A DNA stretch of 51,703 nt, from contig CAZTRE010000005.1 of the NCBI GenBank assembly GCA_964616405.1, positions 1 through 51,703 on the forward strand, in the 5' to 3' direction. The notes beneath the pieces were generated by a model, which saw only the letters and a list, made by a program, of their open reading frames with translations, was not told the DNA's origin and searched no databases. The position numbers and the translations under genes are program-made. Every line of letters starts with the position of its first letter. Position 1 is the first letter of the stretch. This DNA is from an uncultured Mycoplasma sp. Its GTDB lineage: Bacteria > Bacillota_I > Bacilli_A > RF39 > UBA660. Positions 26,838 through 36,198 of the stretch are shown piece after piece.

Positions 26838-29222
26838 ATGGATTTTAGAACAATAGAAAAGAAATGGCAAGATTATTGGGAAAACAAAGAAGTTTTTAAA
26901 GCTGTAACAGGAGGGGAAAAGACACCTTATTATATATTAGTTGAATTTCCTTATCCAAGTGGAGCTGGTCTTCATGTTGGGCATGTTAGAAGTTATACTG
27001 CTCAGGATGCACTAGCTAGAATGAAGAGAATGCAGGGTTATAATGTTTTATACCCAATGGGATGGGATGCTTTTGGTGCACCTGCTGAACAATATGCAAT
27101 AAAGAATCATATTCATCCTAAAGATGCTGTAAAAGAGAATATTGCGACATTTAAAGGTCAAATGCAGGATTTGGGATTCTCATTCGATTGGACTCGTGAA
27201 TTTTCAACAACTGATCCAGAATATTATAAATGGACACAATGGCAATTTTTACAATTTTATAAGCATGGGATGGCTTATAAGGATACTATTCCTGTAAATT
27301 GGTGCCCTACATGTAAGTCAGTACTTTCTAATGAAGATGCTGCTGGTGGGGTATGTGAAAGATGTGGCTCTAGTGTTATTCAAAAGGAAAAGAGCCAATG
27401 GATGCTTAGAATGAGTGATTATTCAGAAGATTTACTTACTGGATTAGATGATACAAACTTTGCTGAAAGAGTTAAATTAGGTCAAATTAATTGGATTGGT
27501 AAATCAACTGGTGCGCATGTTAATTTTAAAATAGATGGTCATGATAAGGAATTTACTGTATTTACAACTCGTCCTGATACTCTTTTTGGAGCAACTTATT
27601 GTGTATTAGCACCTGAACATAAATATATTGATGCCATTACCACTGAAGAACATAAAAAAGAAGTTGAAGAGTATAAAAAAGCTTGTAGTTTAAAGAATGA
27701 TATGGAAAGAACAGAGCTTAATAAAGATAAGACAGGTGTATTTACTGGAGCTTATGCTATAAATCCAGTTAATGATGAAAGAATTCCAATTTATATATCT
27801 GATTATGTTTTAGCAAGTTATGGTACTGGAGCTATTATGGCTGTTCCAGCACATGATGATCGTGATTATGCGTTTGCTAAAAAATTTAATATTCCAATGA
27901 TTCAAGTATTAGAAGGTGGAGATATTTCTAAAGAACCTTATGTTGGTGATGGTCTTCATATTAATTCTGGATTCTTGAATGGATTAAATAAAGAAGATGC
28001 TATTAAAGTAATGATAGAGTGGCTAGAAAAGAATGGTTGCGGTGAAGCCAAGGTTAATTATAAGATGAGAGATTGGATTTTCTCTAGACAAAGATTTTGG
28101 GGTGAACCAATTCCAATGATTAATTGCCCAAAATGTGGTTGGGTTCCTGTGAATGAAGAGGATTTACCATTATTACTTCCTGATGTTGCCGAATATGAAC
28201 CTACTGAAAATGGAGAAAGTCCACTTGCTAACATTAGTGATTGGGTTAATTGTAAATGTCCAAAGTGTGGTCATGATGCAAAAAGAGAAACTGATACAAT
28301 GCCTAACTGGGCTGGATCTAGTTGGTATTTCTTAAGATTTATGGATGCCCATAACGATAAAGAATTTGCATCAATGGAAGCTATGAAATATTGGAATAGA
28401 GTCGATTGGTACAATGGTGGTATGGAACATACTGCAAGACACATATTATATGCAAGATTCTGGGTACAATTCTTATATAATATTGGTTTAGTACCAAATA
28501 AAGAAATGATTTGGACAAGAGTAAGCCATGGGATGGTTCTTGGCTCTAATAATGAAAAAATGAGTAAGTCTAAGGGTAATGTAATTAATCCTGACGACAT
28601 TGTTAAGGAATATGGTGCTGATACATTACGTTTATATGAAATGTTTATGGGAGATTATCAACAAGATGCTCCTTGGAATACAGATTCATTAAGAGGATGT
28701 AAGAGATTTATTGATAAAGTAATAAGACTTAAAGATAAAGTTGTTGATAAAGATGAACTAAGTAAAAACTTAGAAGTTATTCAAAATAAAACAATAAAGA
28801 AAGTTACTAATGATTTAACTAATATGGCTTATAATACGGCTGTTTCTGCTTTAATGATTTTGGCTAATGAATATGATAATAATACTATTACTAAAGCAGA
28901 TTATCGTTTATTATTAACACTTCTTAATCCAATTTCTCCTCATGTAACTGAAGAACTTAATGAACAAATGGGATATGAACCATTATGCTATGCAAAATGG
29001 CCAGAATATGATGAGAAAAAGACCATTGAATCAGAAGTTGAAATTGGTGTTCAAGTAAATGGTAAAGTACGAGGTACTATTAAAACTGCTTTAGATGAAG
29101 CAGAAGATTCTATTAAAGAAAAAGCAATGAATGAAGATAATGTTAAGAAACATTTAGAAGGAAAAGAAATAGTTAAAATAATAGTTATTAAAGGTAGAAT
29201 TGTTAATATTGTTGTTAAATAG
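26838..29222 (+). CDS. leuS: leucine--tRNA ligase
   Basis: HVGHVRSYT (HIGH), KMSKSKGN (KMSKS), CP1 editing region. 794 aa. Confidence 0.97.
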   Translation: MDFRTIEKKWQDYWENKEVFKAVTGGEKTPYYILVEFPYPSGAGLHVGHVRSYTAQDALARMKRMQGYNVLYPMGWDAFGAPAEQYAIKNHIHPKDAVKENIATFKGQMQDLGFSFDWTREFSTTDPEYYKWTQWQFLQFYKHGMAYKDTIPVNWCPTCKSVLSNEDAAGGVCERCGSSVIQKEKSQWMLRMSDYSEDLLTGLDDTNFAERVKLGQINWIGKSTGAHVNFKIDGHDKEFTVFTTRPDTLFGATYCVLAPEHKYIDAITTEEHKKEVEEYKKACSLKNDMERTELNKDKTGVFTGAYAINPVNDERIPIYISDYVLASYGTGAIMAVPAHDDRDYAFAKKFNIPMIQVLEGGDISKEPYVGDGLHINSGFLNGLNKEDAIKVMIEWLEKNGCGEAKVNYKMRDWIFSRQRFWGEPIPMINCPKCGWVPVNEEDLPLLLPDVAEYEPTENGESPLANISDWVNCKCPKCGHDAKRETDTMPNWAGSSWYFLRFMDAHNDKEFASMEAMKYWNRVDWYNGGMEHTARHILYARFWVQFLYNIGLVPNKEMIWTRVSHGMVLGSNNEKMSKSKGNVINPDDIVKEYGADTLRLYEMFMGDYQQDAPWNTDSLRGCKRFIDKVIRLKDKVVDKDELSKNLEVIQNKTIKKVTNDLTNMAYNTAVSALMILANEYDNNTITKADYRLLLTLLNPISPHVTEELNEQMGYEPLCYAKWPEYDEKKTIESEVEIGVQVNGKVRGTIKTALDEAEDSIKEKAMNEDNVKKHLEGKEIVKIIVIKGRIVNIVVK

Positions 29223-29232
29223 GTTAATAAGA

Positions 29233-29257
29233 AGGTTTCAATTTTGAGGCCTTTTTA
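29233..29257 (+). terminator. terminator after leuS
   Basis: AGGTTTCA-attt-TGAGGCCT stem (two G-U pairs) followed by a T run. Confidence 0.55.
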
Positions 29258-29319
29258 TTCTCAAAGAAGTAAAGCAATTTATTGATGCTAAAAATTTACT
29301 ACATGATTGGAGGACTACT

Positions 29320-30267
29320 ATGAGTAATTTAGCTATTGAAGCTGCTGCAGCTTCGACTTTGTTTGAAAAAACAAACTCGGATTTAAAAAGAAAATATTTA
29401 ATAAAAAATATAGAGATGATTAATGAGGTAATGAAACAGGCCCCTGGATATTGTGGATCTTTTGGTACGGGGTATCCTTTTTATGCATTAAGTAATGATT
29501 TGACTGGTGATTTGCCTATTATTGATGAACAAATTCGTTATAATAAGGAGTTATTATTATCTGCTGCGAAGAATGGAGATAATTGGATTTGTGAGAGATG
29601 TTTATGTGAAAATGGTAAAGACATGGTGGATTTAAAGCAAATCTGTGGGCCATGTTTAATGCAGTTTCCTGATTTAAAACCACGGAAGGTTTTAAATCGG
29701 TTACCTGATGTTGATATGTGGATGATATGTGAAGATGGAAAGGTTGATGAGGCTAAAACAGAACTTATTCGATTGTTTGATGAGGCTTTAATGAATACTT
29801 CTGATGTTGATCCTATTGCAACTATTAAGGATGTTTCACAGATTGTGGAAGATTTAGGTAACGGTATAATGCCTGAGAAAATGTTGCCATTAGATGTTCA
29901 CATTATTGAATGTTCTAAAATGAAACAATTGATGTTACAAATGCCTTGGACCCTACATTATGCAATGGTACGAGAAAATAGTCCATATTTACCAATAAAT
30001 CCATATTCACTTAGAAAGGAATGGCAAAATAATGACACTTATAATTTTGTACTTGATTTTATGTATACTTTAACGCCATTTGATTGGGATGAAGAATTGG
30101 AAAGAAGTCTTGATTATACTAGAAATGTAATATCTTTATGTTTTAGTACAGAAGATATTGAATCTATATTACATAAGGTTGCTTCTCCAGTTGTAGAAAG
30201 ACGTTTTGAAAATAAGCAATTACAAGATTGCTATAAAAGGAGGATTAAATCATGGGGAAAAAGATAG
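29320..30267 (+). CDS. hypothetical protein with a CxxCxC-x12-CxxC cluster and nucleotidyltransferase-like acidic motifs
   Basis: GGAGGA RBS. WICERCLCENGKDMVDLKQICGPC. GSFGTG ... LPDVDMWMI ... LPLDVHII. Confidence 0.6.
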   Translation: MSNLAIEAAAASTLFEKTNSDLKRKYLIKNIEMINEVMKQAPGYCGSFGTGYPFYALSNDLTGDLPIIDEQIRYNKELLLSAAKNGDNWICERCLCENGKDMVDLKQICGPCLMQFPDLKPRKVLNRLPDVDMWMICEDGKVDEAKTELIRLFDEALMNTSDVDPIATIKDVSQIVEDLGNGIMPEKMLPLDVHIIECSKMKQLMLQMPWTLHYAMVRENSPYLPINPYSLRKEWQNNDTYNFVLDFMYTLTPFDWDEELERSLDYTRNVISLCFSTEDIESILHKVASPVVERRFENKQLQDCYKRRIKSWGKR

Positions 30268-31148
30268 ATTTACATATTCATACTATTTGTTCTGATGGAG
30301 TATTAACACCTAAAGAAGTTATTGATAAAGCAAAGGAAAATGGTGTTAGTGTAATAGCTATTGCTGATCATGATACGGTTGATGCATATACTTTAGAATT
30401 ATTTAATTATGCTGAATCACAGGGAATTAAGTTAATTCCTGCAGTTGAAATTTCTACTAAAAAGGGGAATTTGGGCTTTCATGTTTTAGGTTATAATATA
30501 GACTTAAATAATGAAGCATTACTAAAAAGATTAAATTCATTAAGAAATGCAAGACATGATTATTTATATAAAGTAACATCAAAGTTAGTTGATCTTGGCT
30601 ATGTTGTTAATTATGCAGAATTAGATAAGATTGATGCTGTTACTAAGGCACATATTGCATTAGATGTTACTGGTAATGAAAAAAATAGAGAATTATTATT
30701 AAAAGAATTTGGCCATATTCCTGATAAAGGGGAATTTATTGAAACTATTATGAATGAGGGTTGTCCGGCGTATGTTGTTAAGGATAGTATTACGCCTAAA
30801 GCTGCAGCAGAGTTAATCCGTTTGGCAGGTGGAAAAGTTATTTTGGCACATCCGGTTGCTTATAAATATGAGGATAATTTAACGGAAAGAGATACATTGG
30901 AAATTGTTAGAGAGATGGATGCTGATGGAATTGAGGCAAATTATATTTATATAGATCGTAATAATAAGAAGATAAATGATATTGCTGTGTGGAATAAATT
31001 CGCTGAAGAAAATAAGCTAAAAACAACAATTGGTAGTGATTTTCATGTTGATAATGGAATTTATCCAGTAATTGGATTACTCAATGAAGAAATAAATTTA
31101 AGTGAAGAAAAGCTAGATTCTATAGTTAATTGGATAGAAGAAAATTAA
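30252..31148 (+). CDS. PHP-domain phosphoesterase (TrpH/YciV-like)
   Basis: IDLHIHTICSDG ... IAIADHD ... AHP ... GSDFH metal-binding motifs. AAGGAGGA RBS lies inside the upstream gene, with a 16-nt overlap. Confidence 0.85.
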   Translation: MGKKIDLHIHTICSDGVLTPKEVIDKAKENGVSVIAIADHDTVDAYTLELFNYAESQGIKLIPAVEISTKKGNLGFHVLGYNIDLNNEALLKRLNSLRNARHDYLYKVTSKLVDLGYVVNYAELDKIDAVTKAHIALDVTGNEKNRELLLKEFGHIPDKGEFIETIMNEGCPAYVVKDSITPKAAAELIRLAGGKVILAHPVAYKYEDNLTERDTLEIVREMDADGIEANYIYIDRNNKKINDIAVWNKFAEENKLKTTIGSDFHVDNGIYPVIGLLNEEINLSEEKLDSIVNWIEEN

Positions 31149-31209
31149 ATGTTTTCTTTTTTCGCCTTTTTTCTTATATATATTTGAGTATAGTTGAATT
31201 GGTGATAAT

Positions 31210-31380
31210 ATGAAAGTAAAGATTTTTGATTTGGAAGATGAAAAAGATTTAGAGGAAGAAGTTAATAAATTTTTAAGTGAAAATACAATTAATGTTATTG
31301 ATATTAAATATCAAGTCAGTGTTGGTATATTTAGTGAAGAGCAAGTCTTTTGCTTTTCGGCGATGATTGTTTATAGTTGA
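31210..31380 (+). CDS. Cse60-like small sporulation protein (56 aa), absent from the ORF track
   Basis: MKVKIFDLEDEKDLEEEVNKFLSENTINVIDIKYQVSVGIFSEEQVFCFSAMIVYS, which resembles Cse60/YteV proteins from memory. GGTGA RBS, with a terminator directly after. Confidence 0.5.
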   Translation: MKVKIFDLEDEKDLEEEVNKFLSENTINVIDIKYQVSVGIFSEEQVFCFSAMIVYS

Positions 31381-31411
31381 CATTAAGATTTTAGTCTTAA
31401 TGTTTTTTTTT
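31380..31411 (+). terminator. rho-independent terminator
   Basis: ACATTAAGA-ttttag-TCTTAATGT stem followed by a T8 run. Confidence 0.75.
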
Positions 31412-31450
31412 AGTTATTTGTGGTATTATAATAATATTAGGAGGAATACA

Positions 31451-33085
31451 ATGAAAGATAAAACATTAAAGAAAAATTCTTTTGTTGCAGGAGCATTTAT
31501 TACAACGTTTGGAATTGTTATTTCTAAAATATTGGGAATTATCTATGTTATTCCATTTCACGCTGTAATAGGTGAACAAGGTGGAGCTCTTTATGGTTAT
31601 GCATATACTATTTACGCTTTGTTTATGTCTTTAGCTACTGCAGGTATTCCACTCGCAATGAGCAAAATAGTAAGTGAGTATCAAACACTTGGTTATTACG
31701 GAGCAAAAAAACGAGCTTTTATTTTAGGAAAAAGAATCGCATTATTACTAGGATTTGTTTGCTTTTTAATATTGATGTTAACTGCTCCACTGTTAGCAAA
31801 AGCAGTACTTGGTGATTTAGTTGGCGGCAATACTGTTCAGGATGTAACTTTTGTTATTAGGGTTATTTCGACGGCTATTTTGGTTGTGCCAGTTTTAAGT
31901 ATTTATAGAGGATATTTTGAAGGACATAGGTTTATGAGCCCACCTTCAATTTCTCAAGTTTTAGAACAAATTGTGAGAGTTTTAATTATTGTGATGGGAA
32001 GTTATACAGCTATAAAAATATTTAAACTTGATTTGACTAGTGCAGTAGGGATAGCGTTAGCTGGAGCTACTATTGGAGCAATAGTTTCTTATATCTATTT
32101 AGTTGATAAGAGAAGAAAGAATAAGAAAAAGTTTGATGAAAAGGCACGTAATGTTAATGAGCCAATCATTACAAATAAGATGATTTTTCGAAAGTTGGCA
32201 ACTTATGCGATACCATTTATTTTAATTGATATTTTTAAATCACTTTATAATTATATAGATATGGTTACTGTGGTTAGAGGATTAGTTGAAATTAGTAGTT
32301 ATAGTGTTAGTGATGCAGAAACTATTATGAGTATGTTGTCTACTTGGAGTGCTAAATTTAATATGATTATTTTATCAGTTTCAACAGGGATTATTGTTAG
32401 TTTAATACCTAATTTAACACAGAGTATTGTTAAAAAAGATAAACAAGATATTAATAAAAAAATTAATCAAGCATTGAGTATTTTGTTATTTTTGATGGTA
32501 CCAATGACTATTGGTCTTAGTTTTTTAGCGGAACCTGTATGGATGTTATTTTATGGAGAAAGTGTTTATGGAGCTAGCGTGTTATCTTTCTTTATATTTG
32601 TAGGTTTATTTATGGGTTTGTTTACGGCTTCTATATCAATTGTTCAAGTACTTAAGGACTATAAATGTGTATTTGTTAGTTTAATTGTAGGAGTTATTTT
32701 AAAGGCTATATTAAACACTAGTTTGATTGGAACCTTTTCAAAGTTAGGCTTGCCTGCTTATTATGGAGTAATTACAGCTAGTTTAATTGCATATGCAGTT
32801 TCATTTATAATTTGTTTAGTTGTGTTAAATCGAAAGTATAAAGTTAATTATGAAGATACGGTTAAAAACTTTTTAGATATTTTATCTGGTTGTATGTTAA
32901 TGATTGTTATTTTATTTTTAATGAAATTTATTGTACCAATTGTAAGTACTAATAGAATAATTAATTTATTTATTATTTTAGGATATACAGTAGTTGGGGG
33001 TAGTATTTACATGGTGTTTATGTGGCGTACTAAAACCATTCAAAATGTATTTGGTAAGAAGTTAAGTGGAATAATTAAAAAGTAA
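31451..33085 (+). CDS. MOP-superfamily flippase (MurJ/SpoVB/YtgP-type polysaccharide biosynthesis protein)
   Basis: ~14 predicted TM helices. N-terminal FVAGAFITTFGIVISKILGIIYVIPF and the overall layout are typical of SpoVB/YtgP. The start was moved to MKDKTLKK (AGGAGGA RBS). Confidence 0.75.
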   Translation: MKDKTLKKNSFVAGAFITTFGIVISKILGIIYVIPFHAVIGEQGGALYGYAYTIYALFMSLATAGIPLAMSKIVSEYQTLGYYGAKKRAFILGKRIALLLGFVCFLILMLTAPLLAKAVLGDLVGGNTVQDVTFVIRVISTAILVVPVLSIYRGYFEGHRFMSPPSISQVLEQIVRVLIIVMGSYTAIKIFKLDLTSAVGIALAGATIGAIVSYIYLVDKRRKNKKKFDEKARNVNEPIITNKMIFRKLATYAIPFILIDIFKSLYNYIDMVTVVRGLVEISSYSVSDAETIMSMLSTWSAKFNMIILSVSTGIIVSLIPNLTQSIVKKDKQDINKKINQALSILLFLMVPMTIGLSFLAEPVWMLFYGESVYGASVLSFFIFVGLFMGLFTASISIVQVLKDYKCVFVSLIVGVILKAILNTSLIGTFSKLGLPAYYGVITASLIAYAVSFIICLVVLNRKYKVNYEDTVKNFLDILSGCMLMIVILFLMKFIVPIVSTNRIINLFIILGYTVVGGSIYMVFMWRTKTIQNVFGKKLSGIIKK

Positions 33086-33089
33086 GTTT

Positions 33090-33123
33090 AGATAACTAAT
33101 TGTGAATATTAGTTATCTTTTTT
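33090..33123 (+). terminator. rho-independent terminator
   Basis: AGATAACTAAT-tgtgaat-ATTAGTTATCT stem followed by a T run. Confidence 0.75.
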
Positions 33124-33226
33124 GTGAAAAAAGATGTAATATAATTAAGGATTAGTTTTAAAAATGTTTATTTATTTGAAGTTTTATGTTATAATAGTGC
33201 TATTATTTTATGAGGGGTGGATATAT

Positions 33227-34828
33227 ATGCCTAAAAAGCAGATAACTACAGATGATATTAAGGATATGTTAAATACTATGACTGATGATTTAGGGGATAA
33301 TATAAATAGTATAAAAAAGTTATTTGGCAGCTTAGATTATGTGAACGATGATAAACAATCAATTCTTCATATCTTAGTTGATAAAATATATGATGAAAAA
33401 AAGTGTAAGTTGGCAATTAAAGCACTTTTAAAAAATAAAGTTGATCCTAATCTTGAAGATTTTGCAAAGCAAAATTTTATTCAAACCGCATTGTATACTG
33501 GTTATAGTGAAAATTTTATCTTTGGAATAATATTAGAATCTTTAGATTTTGGTTTAAATGTTAATCATGTTGATTTTGATGGGGAGACTATAGTACATAG
33601 TCTCATTTATAGTGATGCTTATACAGGCGGTATTGGGAGTATTTATGGATTATTATTGACAAACAAGTTTGATTCATCGATAAAAGATAATGATGGTTTT
33701 GATATAGTTAAAGCATTGGATTGTCAAGGTAATTATTCACAGGAACAGATAGAAAGAGTGAAAAAACTATTTACCTCTTCAGATAAAACTAAAAAGGAAT
33801 ATTTATTTTTAGAAGATGATGCTGCAGATATTAAGTCTAATGGTAATAATAATTCACCAAAGTCAGCTTTAATACCTTTATCTGATAACGAGTTGGAGGA
33901 TCTAGAGGAGTTTGGTGTAGTTTTAAATACTAAAGATTATACTACATCTCCTGCAGTAGGTAGAGAAAAAGAGCTAAAAAATATTATGGTTACTTTAGCT
34001 CAGAAAAAGAAAAGCCCAATTATTGTTGGAGAATCTGGGGTGGGAAAAACGGCATTAGTGGAAGAACTTGCTTATAGAATTCAAAATGGTCAAGTGCCAA
34101 AATTTTTACAAAATAAAATCATTTTAGAAGTTACGCCTAGTGAATTGGTTTCTGGGTGTGAGTATGTAGGTTCATTTGAAGAACAAATGAAGGATTTGAT
34201 GGAATTATGTGAACAATATGGTGTAATTTTATTTATAGATGAAATTCATTCGGTTTATGGAATCGGCGCTAGCCGTAGAAATGATAACGATATGGCATCG
34301 ATGCTAAAGCATTATGTAGATAGAACAGGTGTCAAAGTTATTGGAACAACAACAGAGGCGGAATATGATAAATATTTTTCAAGTGATGCTCTTAAGAGAA
34401 GATTTGAAACGATTAATGTCAAGGAGCCAACTGATGAAGTTATGACTCAAATAATTGAAAAAGTAGTAGATGATTATACTGCTTCTACGGGAATTTCATT
34501 TAGTGATGATAGTGTAAAACATCAAATTCTAGATATTGTATTGGACTCTACAAGAGAAAATCATAGGGTATATAGAGATAAACTTTGTAATCCAGATTTA
34601 GCAATTTCAATTATTGATAAGGCTTTTGCTATAGCGCAAGTAGATGAAAGCGAATCAATATCTTCCGATCATTTTGCGCAAAGCTATGAGCTTTGTGATA
34701 GAATTTATGAAAACGCAAGGAAAGATGCAATAGCTAAATTAAATAACGTAGTTAGTGATACACATGATAATTTGTCTAAACCAAAAGAAAAGGTTATAAA
34801 AGTAGATTTTAATAAGCCTAAAAAATAG
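33227..34828 (+). CDS. AAA+ ATPase with a single ClpA/B/C NBD1-type module fused to an N-terminal ankyrin-like repeat region
   Basis: AVGREKELKNIMVTLAQKKKSPIIVGESGVGKTALVEELAYRIQNGQVP (Walker A), ILFIDEIHSVYG (Walker B), VIGTTT, ALKRRF, NPDLAISIIDKAF. The N-terminus has SILHILV...ALLKNKVDPNLED-type repeats. Confidence 0.75.
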   Translation: MPKKQITTDDIKDMLNTMTDDLGDNINSIKKLFGSLDYVNDDKQSILHILVDKIYDEKKCKLAIKALLKNKVDPNLEDFAKQNFIQTALYTGYSENFIFGIILESLDFGLNVNHVDFDGETIVHSLIYSDAYTGGIGSIYGLLLTNKFDSSIKDNDGFDIVKALDCQGNYSQEQIERVKKLFTSSDKTKKEYLFLEDDAADIKSNGNNNSPKSALIPLSDNELEDLEEFGVVLNTKDYTTSPAVGREKELKNIMVTLAQKKKSPIIVGESGVGKTALVEELAYRIQNGQVPKFLQNKIILEVTPSELVSGCEYVGSFEEQMKDLMELCEQYGVILFIDEIHSVYGIGASRRNDNDMASMLKHYVDRTGVKVIGTTTEAEYDKYFSSDALKRRFETINVKEPTDEVMTQIIEKVVDDYTASTGISFSDDSVKHQILDIVLDSTRENHRVYRDKLCNPDLAISIIDKAFAIAQVDESESISSDHFAQSYELCDRIYENARKDAIAKLNNVVSDTHDNLSKPKEKVIKVDFNKPKK

Positions 34829-34863
34829 AAGTGTGTTTATAATTAAAATATTTATTCAAAGAA

Positions 34864-34895
34864 AAAACTTATTTCTGATTAGAGAGATAAGTTTT
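34864..34895. terminator. probable bidirectional terminator
   Basis: AAAACTTAT ... ATAAGTTTT inverted repeat with a 14-nt loop. Overlaps the FemAB stop codon. Confidence 0.45.
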
Positions 34896-36195
34896 ATTTA
34901 TGTATTTTTTTCTTTAGATTTTTTAAACCATGGTACATACCAAAAGCTATATTATAAGTATGATACCAGAATGGGGAGATGATAAGGTCAAATTCCCCAA
35001 TTAATTCTGAGACATGTCCACCAAAACTTTTTTTAAATAGGAATAGTCCATATAATGGATTTTCTTTTCTAAAGTCGCCGGTAATGCCATAGAAATTATA
35101 TTTTTTGTAGTGTCCTTCAACGGCCATTTTTACTCCGGCAAAGTGAACTGTATATGCAGATTGGAATTGCATTAATTTTTCGTTTGAACCACCATATAGT
35201 GATAATACTTCATTACCATATACTAGGAATAATATTCCACCAAGAACGACTTTTTTGCCATGTTCTTTTTTTAATTCAGCAATTTTTTCTAGTTGTTTTT
35301 CTAAACGTTTAATAGTTTCCTTGTTTTGTGTATTACTTTGTTCATACTTTTTATCATTCATCTTTAAGAGATTATTCTCTTTTTTATTAATACGATCTTC
35401 TAAGTCATGTTTATTTTGATTAAGCTCTTCTTGTGTATTCTTTTTGTATAAATCAAAATCAATTTCAGCAATTAGTATTTTTAAAATACCACTATCATGA
35501 AGAGAATCCCACATACTTTCATAGTACGATAGTGGTCTATCAACAAATTCACGTCTGTCACTAGTATGTTGCATAATATCTTTAAAAATTGGTAATTCAT
35601 CACGTGATATTTCACGAGTTGTAATGCCACATTTTTCATTTTTACGTAAAATTTGTCTGGTTTTTGATTCCATGTCTTTCATTACTTTATCTAAGTTTTT
35701 ATTTTCAGTATCAATTACATGCATCCATCTTGGTTGGAGAGTATCTTGCATAACGTTGAAGCCATAATGTTTATAAGATAATTTTTTTAAATTTTCTACA
35801 GCGTGTTTATTATTTTTACCATTCTCAATTATTTTGCCATCATTATCGTGTTCTTGATATTCTAGGTAAGGATCAATTTTTACAAAGATGGCACCATGTT
35901 TTTTAGCGTAAATTTTTAATTGTTTAGTAAAGTTTTCTAATAAATCATAGTTATTGTAGTCAATTAGAAAACCTCGTGGAGAATAAAACATTTTCTTTTT
36001 AACAAGGGGAACTGTTTTAGAAAGTAATAGAGCCGCTGCGACTATTTTTTTATTATCTTTTAATCCTACATAGTGTGCTTCCCAACCATTTTTTGCTTTT
36101 AAATCTGCCCATTCCTTAGTCTGATGAAAGGTTATTTGGCTATGTTTATCTGCATAATCTTTAAATTCTTTTTTGTTAAGAGTTACTAATTCCAT
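34894..36195 (-). CDS. FemAB family peptidoglycan aminoacyltransferase (with coiled-coil insertion)
   Basis: FHQTKEWADLK, SPRGFLIDY, a coiled-coil insert (QEELNQNKHDLEDRINKKENNLLK...), KYNFYGITGDF. Confidence 0.8.
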   Translation of the reverse strand: MELVTLNKKEFKDYADKHSQITFHQTKEWADLKAKNGWEAHYVGLKDNKKIVAAALLLSKTVPLVKKKMFYSPRGFLIDYNNYDLLENFTKQLKIYAKKHGAIFVKIDPYLEYQEHDNDGKIIENGKNNKHAVENLKKLSYKHYGFNVMQDTLQPRWMHVIDTENKNLDKVMKDMESKTRQILRKNEKCGITTREISRDELPIFKDIMQHTSDRREFVDRPLSYYESMWDSLHDSGILKILIAEIDFDLYKKNTQEELNQNKHDLEDRINKKENNLLKMNDKKYEQSNTQNKETIKRLEKQLEKIAELKKEHGKKVVLGGILFLVYGNEVLSLYGGSNEKLMQFQSAYTVHFAGVKMAVEGHYKKYNFYGITGDFRKENPLYGLFLFKKSFGGHVSELIGEFDLIISPFWYHTYNIAFGMYHGLKNLKKKIHK

Positions 36196-36198
36196 TGC

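Noticed and set aside
28153-28600. Track ORFs that overlap real genes in alternative frames or strands: 28153..28335 and 28271..28600 (in leuS), 38233..38427 (trmB 3' end), 39291..39626 and 39436..39669 (acidic protein), 40428..40691, 40785..41012, 45697..45948 (in rpsD), 51075..51281.
   Set aside because: The reasoning is the same. They overlap motif-bearing genes, have no SD sequences and have implausible composition.
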